From Gammaproteobacteria bacterium (GTDB lineage: Bacteria > Pseudomonadota > Gammaproteobacteria > CBDBNL01 > JAAOII01): DNA of 64,000 bases. Position 1 is the first letter of the stretch. Every line of letters starts with the position of its first letter. Shown here piece after piece: positions 51,419-61,400 of the stretch. The notes below the pieces were generated by a model that did no database searches, was not told where the DNA came from, and worked only from the letters and a program-made list of their open reading frames with translations. Position numbers and translations under genes: made by a program. The stretch is from positions 768,001 to 832,000 of the forward strand of contig OZ242372.1 in the NCBI GenBank assembly GCA_965209035.1, written 5' to 3'.

Positions 51419-51970
51419 CTATTTGTCGGGGACGGGCGAAAGTAACCCTGTCAGTTTGTTGACCGTTCGCCAATTTCTGGTAGTGGCGGACATCTTAAGT
51501 TTGGACTCAAAGAATGTATTGGATAGTCTGGTGCGCGCATAACCGGCCGGCAGGTAAAAGAACAGTTCGCGCCCGCACAGTCGCACCTCTTCGCCGGATA
51601 TCTTGACACGCTCAATTGCCGGCAGCGGCAGGGAAGCGGGTTCTTCGGACAGAAAGGTAACATAAATGATGTTGGTGCCATCCGTTGAGTTCACAAAGGG
51701 ACAAGCGGCAATTGTCTGTTGCCATTGTGCCGCCGTGCGAACAAACACTTTAATTTGCAACCCAAATGCCTTCTCTATTGTTCTTTCCAAAGAACCTTCC
51801 AATTGCTCGGCCGGCTGCCTGTGTGCGGTGAACACCACATTCCCGCTTTGAATATAGGTACTCACTTTTTTAAGCCCTGTCTCTTCGTAAACGGCCGCCA
51901 ATTCCTTCATACGGATAGGATTTCGCCCCGCCATATTGACACCGCGCAACAGAGAAACATAGGTTTCCAT
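51419..51970 (-). CDS. DUF1697 domain protein
   Basis: YVSLLRGVN.G.N.I.M.EL, TYIQSGNVVF, TTRNWRTV.KL. Confidence 0.88.
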   Translation of the reverse strand: METYVSLLRGVNMAGRNPIRMKELAAVYEETGLKKVSTYIQSGNVVFTAHRQPAEQLEGSLERTIEKAFGLQIKVFVRTAAQWQQTIAACPFVNSTDGTNIIYVTFLSEEPASLPLPAIERVKISGEEVRLCGRELFFYLPAGYARTRLSNTFFESKLKMSATTRNWRTVNKLTGLLSPVPDK

Positions 51971-52093
51971 TTCTCAAATTATACACAGAACAGCAATAGA
52001 GTAACCCGCTGCACTTCACACAAAAAAGAAAAGGTTGCCCGTATGATCGGCACACCACAGAATTTGTGGTATGAAAATGTATAAAATAAACCT

Positions 52094-53512
52094 ATGAACA
52101 TACGGGAAGAACTCAACTTCCTCGCAGACATTCTCGAACAACACTACGGACGGGACGGCCTGGCAACCCAACGCACAGAGCCTGTCGTGCGTATGGAGAG
52201 TATTCGCCAAATTATCCGGGAACTTGGCTCCGAAAAATGGATCCGCGAGGGCGGCTTGCACGGCAAGGCCATGGCGGATTTTTTACCTCTTTATCTTAAG
52301 TATTGCACCAAGATGCCGCATCCCGGCAATATGAACCATCAGGTGAGTGTGCCCAATCCGCTGAGCGGCATTGCCGGACTGATCGCGGGCACTGTTTCCA
52401 ATCCGATGAATATCTATGAGATGGGGCCGGCCGCGGCAGCCTTGGAGTTTTTTCTTATCAATCATTTTCTCACCAAGGTTGGCTGGACGCCACAGCCCTA
52501 TCCGGATGCACCACAACACATACCGTCCGGCGGCGGTCTTCTAACCCACGGCGGCACCTTGGCAACTCTTAACGCGATAGTGGCATCACGCAGCCGTGCC
52601 TTGCGGGAGAATCGTCTCAAAAATAAAACACCCGTTATTGTGTCTTCGGACACGGGGCATTTCGCTGTCGCACAGGCGGCACTCGTGATGGCCGCCGAAA
52701 ACATCACGGTTGTCACCGACGAAAACGGATCAATGATCCCGGCAGCATTAAGACAGACACTGCAAAAACACCGGGACAAGGGTGTGATTACCGTTGTTGC
52801 CAATTCCTGCAATACGCCGGTTGGGGCTTTTGACGATCTGCACTCTCTCGTCGCAATCTGTCGCGAATACGCGGTCCCGTTACATGTTGACGCGGCACAC
52901 GGAGGCAGTCTGCTGATGAGCAAAAAACTGCGCCACAGACTAAACGGCATAGAACTGGCGGATACGGTAGTCTGGGATGCGCACAAACTGATGCGCACAA
53001 ACGGGATATGCACGCTACTCTTGGCACGGGATCGCAAGGACTTGGATTTGGCTTTGCAACGCAACGCCAGTTACATTTTTCACGCAAAGGAGCAACCGGG
53101 ATTTGACTTCATGGGACGCACTCTGGAATGCACCAAAACATCTCTTGCGTTTAATCTTTTTCATTCGCTCGCCTATGCGGGCGAAGATGCCATTGGCAAT
53201 TATGTGGAGCAGGTCTGCGAACTAACCGAGACCGCATCGGAAATTCTGCGTCATGCCGGTCAAGTCTGCGCGGTGCCTCCCCAATGTAACATCTTGTGCT
53301 TTCGCCCGCCGCAATTGCATGACGACGCCATTACCCCATTAAGAGACAAACTGCGTAATGACCACAATTTTTTCCTCAGTTCCACCCTATTCAAAGGCAA
53401 ACGCTGGCTTAGATTGGTCATCATGAGCCCGCATACGCAGCAACAGGATATAGAAAAATTGGCATCTTGTTTGCGCGATACCTATTCAAAATCCCCTCAA
53501 AGATCGACGTAA
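52094..53512 (+). CDS. Group II PLP-dependent amino-acid decarboxylase (diaminobutyrate/aromatic amino-acid decarboxylase-like)
   Basis: NPM.IYEMGP, GGT..TL, HFAV, G.FDDL, LHVDAAHGG, WDAHK (PLP lysine). Confidence 0.85.
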   Translation: MNIREELNFLADILEQHYGRDGLATQRTEPVVRMESIRQIIRELGSEKWIREGGLHGKAMADFLPLYLKYCTKMPHPGNMNHQVSVPNPLSGIAGLIAGTVSNPMNIYEMGPAAAALEFFLINHFLTKVGWTPQPYPDAPQHIPSGGGLLTHGGTLATLNAIVASRSRALRENRLKNKTPVIVSSDTGHFAVAQAALVMAAENITVVTDENGSMIPAALRQTLQKHRDKGVITVVANSCNTPVGAFDDLHSLVAICREYAVPLHVDAAHGGSLLMSKKLRHRLNGIELADTVVWDAHKLMRTNGICTLLLARDRKDLDLALQRNASYIFHAKEQPGFDFMGRTLECTKTSLAFNLFHSLAYAGEDAIGNYVEQVCELTETASEILRHAGQVCAVPPQCNILCFRPPQLHDDAITPLRDKLRNDHNFFLSSTLFKGKRWLRLVIMSPHTQQQDIEKLASCLRDTYSKSPQRST

Positions 53513-53536
53513 GTTCTCGTAAAATAATCTTATCGG

Positions 53537-53619
53537 GCCGAGGTGGCGGAATAGGTAGACGCGCCGGTCTCAAAAACCGGTTCCTTTTGGGAGTGCGAGT
53601 TCAAGTCTCGCCCTCGGTA
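53537..53619 (+). tRNA. tRNA-Leu (anticodon CAA), 3' CCA not encoded
   Basis: Acceptor GCCGAGG/CCTCGGT, D loop GGTAGAC, anticodon arm CCGGT-CTCAAAA-ACCGG, long variable arm, T loop GTTCAAGT. Confidence 0.95.
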
Positions 53620-53704
53620 TTGATAAAGTAACAAAAAGAACGCAACCGATCAACTGGCGCCGCAAGTGGCATTAAACAAAAAAATACCCCAAGAAAATAT
53701 AAAA

Positions 53705-54724
53705 ATGACTCCGACCGGGCCATCCGAACTACCGGGCGTATCCCGAGCAAGCGATTTTCATGTCCCGATATGTAGCGGTGAGCCGGCCGGGATCGGGCCC
53801 GACCTGTGTCTGACATTGCCGGAAAGCGAAAGGAGGGACGCCTTGATTGTCGGAGATCGCAACCTGCTGGAACAACGTGCCCGCCAATTGGGATTAACCC
53901 TAAAAATAACCGACGAATTCGCATCTCCGGCCAAAAATAAACTGCGCGTATTGCATGTTGGCATAAGGACCCCCGTTCATCCCGGCAAACCGAACCCGCA
54001 AAATGTCACTTATTTAACAGAAATCATTCGTAAAAGCGCGGACCTCGCACGCGCACATGGCACGGGCCTGGTAACATGCCCGACTGACAAAGCACTCATT
54101 GCCGGCACAGGGATTCCTTTCACAGGTCTGACCTCCTATCTGCGCGAACTATGCGGGGCTGCCGCCACTTTGAGTATGTTCGTCGGCAAGGTTTCCGCCA
54201 AGGAGACCCTACGCGTCTCTTTTGCAAGTATGCACATCCCCTTGGCAAAGGTGCCGACCAGCCTGAATGCCAATCTCATAAAAGAAACTGTGCGACAAAC
54301 CCGCGGGGTTCTCCGCCAACACTTCGGTATCCGCCAACCGAAGTTGGCGTTGTGCGGTCTCAATCCGCATGCGGGCGAAAACGGACTGCTCGGCAATGAA
54401 GAAGCCGAGTATCTAAACAACTGTGCGGATGAACTCAAAAAAGAAGGAGTTCGGCTGTCGGGGCCGCTGCCCGCGGATTCGCTGTTTGCCTCCGTCAATC
54501 GTTGCAAGTACGATTGCATTATTGCCCTGTTCCACGACCAGGGACTGACACCTTTCAAGGCTCTTACCTTTGGCAAAGGAGCCCAAATCACATTTGGGTT
54601 GCCGTTCATCCGAATCTCGCCGGATCACGGCACCGCCTACGCCTTGGCGGGAACAGGAAAGGCGGACTGCGGAAGTTTTGCATTTGCCTGTCGTCTTCTG
54701 CGTGAAATCCGGTCGCCGCAATAA
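53705..54724 (+). CDS. pdxA: 4-hydroxythreonine-4-phosphate dehydrogenase
   Basis: GEPAGIGP, HIPL, CGLNPHAGE.G, GPLPADS, HDQGL.P.K, GLPFIR.SPDHGTA; start approximate. Confidence 0.93.
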   Translation: MTPTGPSELPGVSRASDFHVPICSGEPAGIGPDLCLTLPESERRDALIVGDRNLLEQRARQLGLTLKITDEFASPAKNKLRVLHVGIRTPVHPGKPNPQNVTYLTEIIRKSADLARAHGTGLVTCPTDKALIAGTGIPFTGLTSYLRELCGAAATLSMFVGKVSAKETLRVSFASMHIPLAKVPTSLNANLIKETVRQTRGVLRQHFGIRQPKLALCGLNPHAGENGLLGNEEAEYLNNCADELKKEGVRLSGPLPADSLFASVNRCKYDCIIALFHDQGLTPFKALTFGKGAQITFGLPFIRISPDHGTAYALAGTGKADCGSFAFACRLLREIRSPQ

Positions 54725-55535
54725 TTCACTCGGCAAAGGCAAGCCGCCGGCACGCAAGCATCTGGGGCAGCATTTTCTGACAAACCCGTTCTTCCTTGAA
54801 GCAATGTTGGAAAAAATTAATCCGCAAGATCACGAGTCTTTCGGCGAAATTGGCGCGGGGGACGGCATCCTAACCGTTCCTTTGGCAAGATCCTGTGCAA
54901 AATTGGTTGCCATAGAAGTGGACCCGCGTCTGTTCGCGCTCCTCAAAAAAAATACCGCTCAGCATGCCAATGTCACATTAATATTCGGCGATGCTCTCAC
55001 CGCGGACACGCGGTCGGTGCTGCCAACAAATGCCCGCCTTGTCGGTAATCTGCCTTATAATAGAAGCGTAGCAATTATAGAAAAATACCTTCAACGAGCG
55101 CAACGAGCGGATACCGCCAACACAGAGGACATGCACTTTTTAGTTCAACGAGAAATCGCCCAACGACTATTTGCCGAACCGGGCACCAAAGATTATGGCA
55201 GACTCAGTTTGTTGCGTCATTGGCATGCGACGGGAGAAACCCTGTTTGAGGTCCCGCCCGAGGCATTTAGCCCGCCGCCCAAAGTATGGTCCGGCTTCAT
55301 TCGCCTAAAAACGCATCACCGGGGGCCCGAACTGAAAAATGATCCGGAATTAAAAAAATTAATCCGTGCCGTGTTTCATCGCAAGCATCGCAAACTGGCA
55401 AATAACCTGGACGCCTATGCAAACGCAAAGGGTCTTTTGGACGAAATGGGCATCGCCGACAAACGCGCTTTGGATGTAACTCCGTCCGAAATCATAGAAC
55501 TATTTAAAAAAATAAAAAAGCAAAACACAAACTAA
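54702..55535 (+). CDS. rsmA: 16S rRNA m6,2A1518/1519 dimethyltransferase
   Basis: LGQHFL, EIGAG.G.LT, IEVD, GNLPYN, YGRLS, F.PPPKV.S; GTG at 54702 preferred. Confidence 0.93.
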   Translation: MKSGRRNNSLGKGKPPARKHLGQHFLTNPFFLEAMLEKINPQDHESFGEIGAGDGILTVPLARSCAKLVAIEVDPRLFALLKKNTAQHANVTLIFGDALTADTRSVLPTNARLVGNLPYNRSVAIIEKYLQRAQRADTANTEDMHFLVQREIAQRLFAEPGTKDYGRLSLLRHWHATGETLFEVPPEAFSPPPKVWSGFIRLKTHHRGPELKNDPELKKLIRAVFHRKHRKLANNLDAYANAKGLLDEMGIADKRALDVTPSEIIELFKKIKKQNTN

Positions 55536-55540
55536 AAACA

Positions 55541-55930
55541 ATGAAACAAACCCTTTCCAAAGGAAATAAATTTGAGATCCGAGTGGATGCCTATTTTGAC
55601 GAAGAGCATTCGCAAGTGGAGCAAGAGAAGTATGTGTACATCTACTCCATCCGCATCAAAAACCTCGGCAGGAAAAGTGCGCAGCTGCTTAAGCGCAAAT
55701 GGCTCATCACAAACGAAGACGGCGAATCCCTGATCGTGCGCGGGGACGGCGTGGTTGGAGAACAACCGGTGATTCTGCCCAACAATTCTTACCGGTATAC
55801 CAGCGGTGTTGTCTTGGAAACGGAAATAGGGACCATGGAAGGGGAATACACAATGCGGGATGAACGTGGCAAAGAATTCAAAATACCAATTAAAAAATTT
55901 ACCCTGTCCGTCCCCCGCCTGCTGCATTAA
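55541..55930 (+). CDS. apaG: ApaG protein
   Basis: Y.IRI.N, QLL.R.W.IT, GDGVVGEQP, YTSG, GTMEGEY. Confidence 0.95.
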   Translation: MKQTLSKGNKFEIRVDAYFDEEHSQVEQEKYVYIYSIRIKNLGRKSAQLLKRKWLITNEDGESLIVRGDGVVGEQPVILPNNSYRYTSGVVLETEIGTMEGEYTMRDERGKEFKIPIKKFTLSVPRLLH

Positions 55931-56001
55931 TATTAATACGACTCGGGAAGTCCGGGAGTTTGGAAGCTTAGCCGGGAAATCGGACTTCTGTTAACAAAAA
56001 C

Positions 56002-56895
56002 ATGGCCACCTACGCCATAGGAGACATTCACGGCTGTTACCGCTCTTTGCGAGCATTACTGGAAAAAATAAACTACCGTCCGCAGACGGACATCCTTTGG
56101 TTCACCGGCGACCTGGTCGGCAAGGGCCCCGAACCCTTACGGGTCTTGCGACAAATAAAAAGCATGCACGAGGAGAATCCGCGCCTGCAAATTGTTTTGG
56201 GGAATCACGATCTGCATCTGATAGCGACGGCTCTTGCCGTTTTTGAACCGGCGGCGGAAGCAAAGCAGGACCCAACGCTTGCCGAGACGCTCGCCGCGGA
56301 TGCGAAGGACCCGACCCTGCTGGACTGGCTGAGGTGCCAGCCGCTGCTCTGTCATAGCCGCGAACATCACACGGTATTGACCCATGCCGGCATCCCGCAC
56401 ATTTGGACATTGAACACTGCGAAGCAACAGGCACGCACCATCGAAAAATTGCTGCGGCTCCCCCGACCGGAATTAAAAAAAGCCCTGCCTCTGCTCTATG
56501 GCAACCGCCCGAACGGTTGGTCGCAATGTGCCGATTTTTGGGACAGAGCGCGTTTGAGCGTGAACTATCTCACACGCATGCGGTTTTGTGACAACCGCGG
56601 CAGCTTGGATTTGGAACAAACGGGAAAAACACACCCGAATTCGGACTATGCCCCCTGGTTTTCCTACGAACCGCTTGTCACACAACGGCAAGTCTTTGGT
56701 CACTGGGCGGCATTACGCGGCAAAACCGGCAAGCCGGGTATTTGGGGGATGGATTACGGCTGTGTGTGGGGCGATACTCTGGCCGCTCGCAGCCCGGAGG
56801 ACGGCAGGTGTTATTTCGCCCCCTATGCCGAAAAAATATCATCCGAAAAAACATCACCAAAAAAAATGCCGCCCGACAAAGTAACCCCTCAATAA
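56002..56895 (+). CDS. apaH: Symmetrical bis(5'-nucleosyl)-tetraphosphatase
   Basis: YAIGDIHGC, GDLV, LGNHDLH, HAG, TRMRF, FGHWAAL, D.GCVWG. Confidence 0.95.
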   Translation: MATYAIGDIHGCYRSLRALLEKINYRPQTDILWFTGDLVGKGPEPLRVLRQIKSMHEENPRLQIVLGNHDLHLIATALAVFEPAAEAKQDPTLAETLAADAKDPTLLDWLRCQPLLCHSREHHTVLTHAGIPHIWTLNTAKQQARTIEKLLRLPRPELKKALPLLYGNRPNGWSQCADFWDRARLSVNYLTRMRFCDNRGSLDLEQTGKTHPNSDYAPWFSYEPLVTQRQVFGHWAALRGKTGKPGIWGMDYGCVWGDTLAARSPEDGRCYFAPYAEKISSEKTSPKKMPPDKVTPQ

Positions 56896-56972
56896 TCCCA
56901 ACAATCCCAACAACCCCAACAATCCCAATAATCCCAACAACCCCAATAATCCCAACAACCCCAACAATCTCT
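56891..56972. repeat. 9-bp tandem repeat AA(C/T)AA(T/C)CCC, ~9 copies
   Basis: Starts at the apaH stop codon; G-free on the + strand. Confidence 0.9.
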
Positions 56973-57233
56973 CAAAGAACTTTAATCTTTTTTAATGCTC
57001 CCGGATTTTTTGAGTGTTTGCCGTGGCAACGGATGACCGCCAAATAGCGGAAATACGGAAAGTAGTTACAAGAACCGCCGACGGCTTGAATCGTTTTTAG
57101 AACAACTTTAAAATAACCCCCGGTCCCCGCAAAGACTATGCACTGTTTATCGCCGCTCGTCGCTTTGCGCGGTGCTTACCCGCTTTTAAGACACTTCCAT
57201 ACCGGTCATAATCATTGCAACCGCGCGCGCAAT

Positions 57234-58322
57234 TTAAGGCATCAAACTCGCCTGCTGCAGACCGGTTGTTTCCTTGAGACCGAAAAGAATATTCATATTC
57301 TGCACCGCTTGACCGGCGGCACCCTTCACCAGGTTATCCAACACCGAGCAAACGATCACATAGTCCGACTGCGGCGGCGCAAAAACAGCCAGTTGGCAAT
57401 GATTACTGCCGCGCACCGACTTGACACGCGGTGCTATGCCCGCCGGGAGTATCCGCACAAACGGCTCTTCGGCATAAAACTCCGCATAGACGCGGCGAAT
57501 CCTGTCCGCGTTCTTCTCTTTTTTACCAAGTGGTAAATACACAGTCGCAAAAATACCGCGGGCGATCGGCAACAAATGCGGAACAAACCGCAACCTCAGC
57601 GGGTGCTGCCAGCTGCCGCCGTAAAGTTCCAAAAGATGATTTTCCATTTCCGGTTGGTGGCGATGGCCTGCGGCCGCATAACAAGTAAAATCCTCACTCG
57701 CTTCGCTGAGCGACAGATGGACTGCGCCTTTGCGCCCGGCACCGCTGGTACCGGACTTGGCATCCGCCACAAGTTCGCAGCCGTCAAAGACGGCATTGTA
57801 TTCTTTTGATGCGAGCAGCGGCAAAAGAGCCAGTTGAATTGCGGTCGCATAACAACCCGGATTGGCGACAAGTCGGGCCCGGACAATCTCCTTTCGGCCG
57901 GCTTCCGGCAAACCATAGACCGCTTCCTTCAACAGATGCTGACTCTCGTGCCGCATTGCATACTGTGTTTCCCAAAGAGCGGGATCTTTAATACGAAAAT
58001 CCGGCGACAAATCTATGACCTTAATGTTTTGTTCCAACATACCCGCCGCCGCGCGCATGGCAATACCGGCGGGAGTGGCAAAGAATACGCAATCGCATTC
58101 GCTCCAATCGGGAGTATCCGTTGAACTTAAAACAAGATCGCCCGCCTTTGTCATTAAAAAAGATTCGAGATGCGGATGCAGTTCCCGTAAATGTTTGCCG
58201 CTGTGAGCATGCGAGACGATACGCGTAACACGCACCCGCGGATGTGCCAAAAGAATTCTGAGCAGCTCGCCGGCCGTATAGCCGCTTGCCCCGTAAACTC
58301 CCGCCTTAATTTGATCTGTCAT
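57234..58322 (-). CDS. argC: N-acetyl-gamma-glutamyl-phosphate reductase
   Basis: GASGY.G.EL, IDLS.DFR, YGLPE, ANPGCY, SG.SGAG, HRHQPE, DNLVKGAAGQAVQN. Confidence 0.96.
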   Translation of the reverse strand: MTDQIKAGVYGASGYTAGELLRILLAHPRVRVTRIVSHAHSGKHLRELHPHLESFLMTKAGDLVLSSTDTPDWSECDCVFFATPAGIAMRAAAGMLEQNIKVIDLSPDFRIKDPALWETQYAMRHESQHLLKEAVYGLPEAGRKEIVRARLVANPGCYATAIQLALLPLLASKEYNAVFDGCELVADAKSGTSGAGRKGAVHLSLSEASEDFTCYAAAGHRHQPEMENHLLELYGGSWQHPLRLRFVPHLLPIARGIFATVYLPLGKKEKNADRIRRVYAEFYAEEPFVRILPAGIAPRVKSVRGSNHCQLAVFAPPQSDYVIVCSVLDNLVKGAAGQAVQNMNILFGLKETTGLQQASLMP

Positions 58323-58411
58323 TTTTCGTTGGTTTTATTTGTTGTTAATATTTTATAGTGCCAACAAGAAACGACACAAATATTAAAAAATGATCCTGCG
58401 GAAGTTGCCTC

Positions 58412-61400
58412 CTACCGACCCTGACCGGAACCGACTATACCACCGGGAACACAGGCAAGTGCCGGGTACTGGTCGACACCGCCCAGATCCCAGACAGGGA
58501 CAAAGGGGGCACCGGGGCCGCCGGCCGTCCTGTTTTCCCGGATCTCGAGACTATCCGGATCACACCAGAAGTTGCCCCAATCGGCATAGATACTGTCGGC
58601 AAAAGTGGTCGGGTCTTGCAATTCCGGCATCGTTTTGCCTTCGCCGCGGCTGCCGGGAGTGCCGGCACTGGTTGACTGTCCCGTGATTTCATTATCCCAA
58701 TAGGAGGCGATAACCGTTGGTGTGAGAGTGCTACGTAACACATTGGAGCCAAGTAACCCGCCGACGGCCCTGCCGCCCGAGACAGGAGTAGCCACATAGG
58801 AATAACGAATATCGGGCCCGCCACCGCCAACCAGACCACCGACCCGATTATTACCGAAAACGCGGCCGCCGACCACATAGGAATGATGAATAGTACTAAT
58901 ATCTCCGCTGCCAATCAAACCGCCGACTTGATTATTACCGGAAACATCTACGCCGGACACATAGGAATGATGAATCTCAACAGGCTGCACATTTGAAGTA
59001 CTGGGATCCAGACTTTCACCAGTCAGTCTTTCACCGACCATGCCACCGATATTGTTAGTACCGGTAACAGTGCCACCGAATACGGACACAGCACGAATCA
59101 TAGCATCATTCATCACTCCGACCAGGCCACCGACCCCCCGGCCGGTACCGGCAACAGTGACATTGAACACGGATACAGCACGAATCGTAGCCTCGTCCGC
59201 TTGACCAATCAGACCGCCTACGGATGCATCACCGGAAACAACAATATCGGATACATGGGAATCACGAATCTCAACGTGCGACCCGCTCGCGCTTTCCGCG
59301 TAACCGATCATCCCGCCCACTCGATTCCGCCCCGGACTCGTTATCGTTCCCCCAATCACCGACAGATTTTCATAACGAGCCGACCCCGACCCGGTAAAGC
59401 CCACGAGCAGGCCCACATTAGCGGCACCACCGCTAACATTCGCATTCAAGAGACGCAAATTTTGAATGCTACCATCTTGTAAAGAGGCAAATAACCCCAC
59501 TCCACTGACGGTATCCGCCGCCGCAATGAACAGATCGGCAATATGATAACCGCCGCCGTCAAAGGTTGCCGTATAACGGGCGTTGCAAGTATTCTCATTA
59601 GAACAGGAGCCAATCGGCACCCAGCCACTGCCGGCAGGATCCGTCCAGTCGTCCATATTAACGCTGCTCGCGTTATAGGAATCCGCATCGCTAAAATTCA
59701 ACGAGCGTGCCAGTTCGTAACCGGCACAGCCGGAACTCGGACAGCCCACAGAACCCACGGCGGTAATCCCGGTAATACGGCCATCATCCGCCCCATCGCC
59801 ATCCAGATCATCGCGTAGCCGCGCCAAGTCATCCAAAGTGTGAATCTCTATCAAGCCATTGTTATCATCGTCCGCATCATTTAAGCCAATCACATTGTCA
59901 CCGTCGGTATCCTCGCAAACATCCCCTATATTGTTTCTATTCTTATCGGTCTGCAGCGGATTAAACAGCATGGGACAATTATCCGTATCATCATTCACAT
60001 CATCATTGTCATCGTCCGGGTCCAAAAAGTCCGGCAACAAATCACCGTCCGTATTCCGACCTGTAATCACACTTGTATTTGTGGGTCCATATCTCCTTCC
60101 ATCCGCGGCGATCACAAACAAGGAAATATTATATTCGGTCTCATCCGCCAGATTCTCGAGCCGATAAAATGCCCGAACCGAAGAACGCAGTTCGTCCGTG
60201 CTCAGAACCGTCCTTGTCACCCCCGCACCCTGCCAGTTAATCTCAATGGCACGGGTCTCACCGCTCGGATTCATCCAACTCAGTAGCACGCCGCCGGCCA
60301 AAGGTGCCGCAACCAGATCCCGAACAGGTCCCTTTGCCACCGGCCGCCCCTGACCGCGACTCATCACTCCACCGGGAACACAGGTCAGTGCCGGGTACTG
60401 GTCGACATCGCCCAGATCCCAGGCGCGGTAAGCATCCGTCGTCAATTCAGTCGCATCGTCCGTTTCCGCAAAGGTCCCGGTGGACGGATCACACCAAAAG
60501 TTGCCCCAAGCCGCATAAATGCCGGTAAAGTTCGTCGGTTGTTGCAAGGCGGTGCCACTCAAACCCAGTGCACCGCTCGGCTGATCGCTCGGCAAAGCCC
60601 GCGTCAGTCCCGTCGCATCCGAATTCCAATAAGAATTTTCCGCAAAATTGGGTGCGGAGAGACTAGTCCCCAGAAAAGTACCGATTTGACCCCCATTACT
60701 CGTTTCTACAATCGGGCCGTTTAACGCATAAGAAGAAACGACTTCAATCGATGAACTCACATCGCCAAATTGCGGGTCACCTACAAAACCGCCCACTCGC
60801 GAATCACCAATCACCGCACCACCCAAAGTATAAGAAGCGACTATCCGTGGCGTCATCCTATTCCCGTTCAAAATACTGTCCCGCGATGCCCCCAATAAAC
60901 CGCCGACAGCCGTAGCCACCGAATTCACAGCCGGCACGGATACGTTCACATCACTCGTATAAGAAGCAACAATCTTAACACCTTGTGTCTCACCGCCGAA
61001 ACCGCCCAGGCGACCATAACTGTTAAGGTTACCGCGCACATTCGCATCAGCCACATAGGAAAAATTAATTGCCGTTCTTATGCCAAAACCCAGCAGACCG
61101 CCCAGAACTCCGCGCCCGGACACCCGACCATCTGTAAAAAACGACGAACGAATCACCGAGCCATCCGCATCCGTCCCCAGCAGACCGCCAACCCGGCTTT
61201 CGCCCAGCACACTTCCGCCGGTTACGGACGAGAAAAGAATCTCCGTGCCCGAACCATCACCCACCAAACCGCCAACCGAAGTCGCGTCCGGGCTCGCAAT
61301 ATCCGTCCCCACAACAGACACATTGTCCGCCACAAGTCCGCGACCATAGCCCGCCAGAGTGCCTATATCTCCTTCGCCACCCGCAATGGTCACATTTTTC

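Noticed and set aside
49514-53619. Genomic island integrated at tRNA-Leu
   Set aside because: The accessory genes lie 5' of the tRNA, there is no integrase, and I found no duplicated tRNA 3' end.
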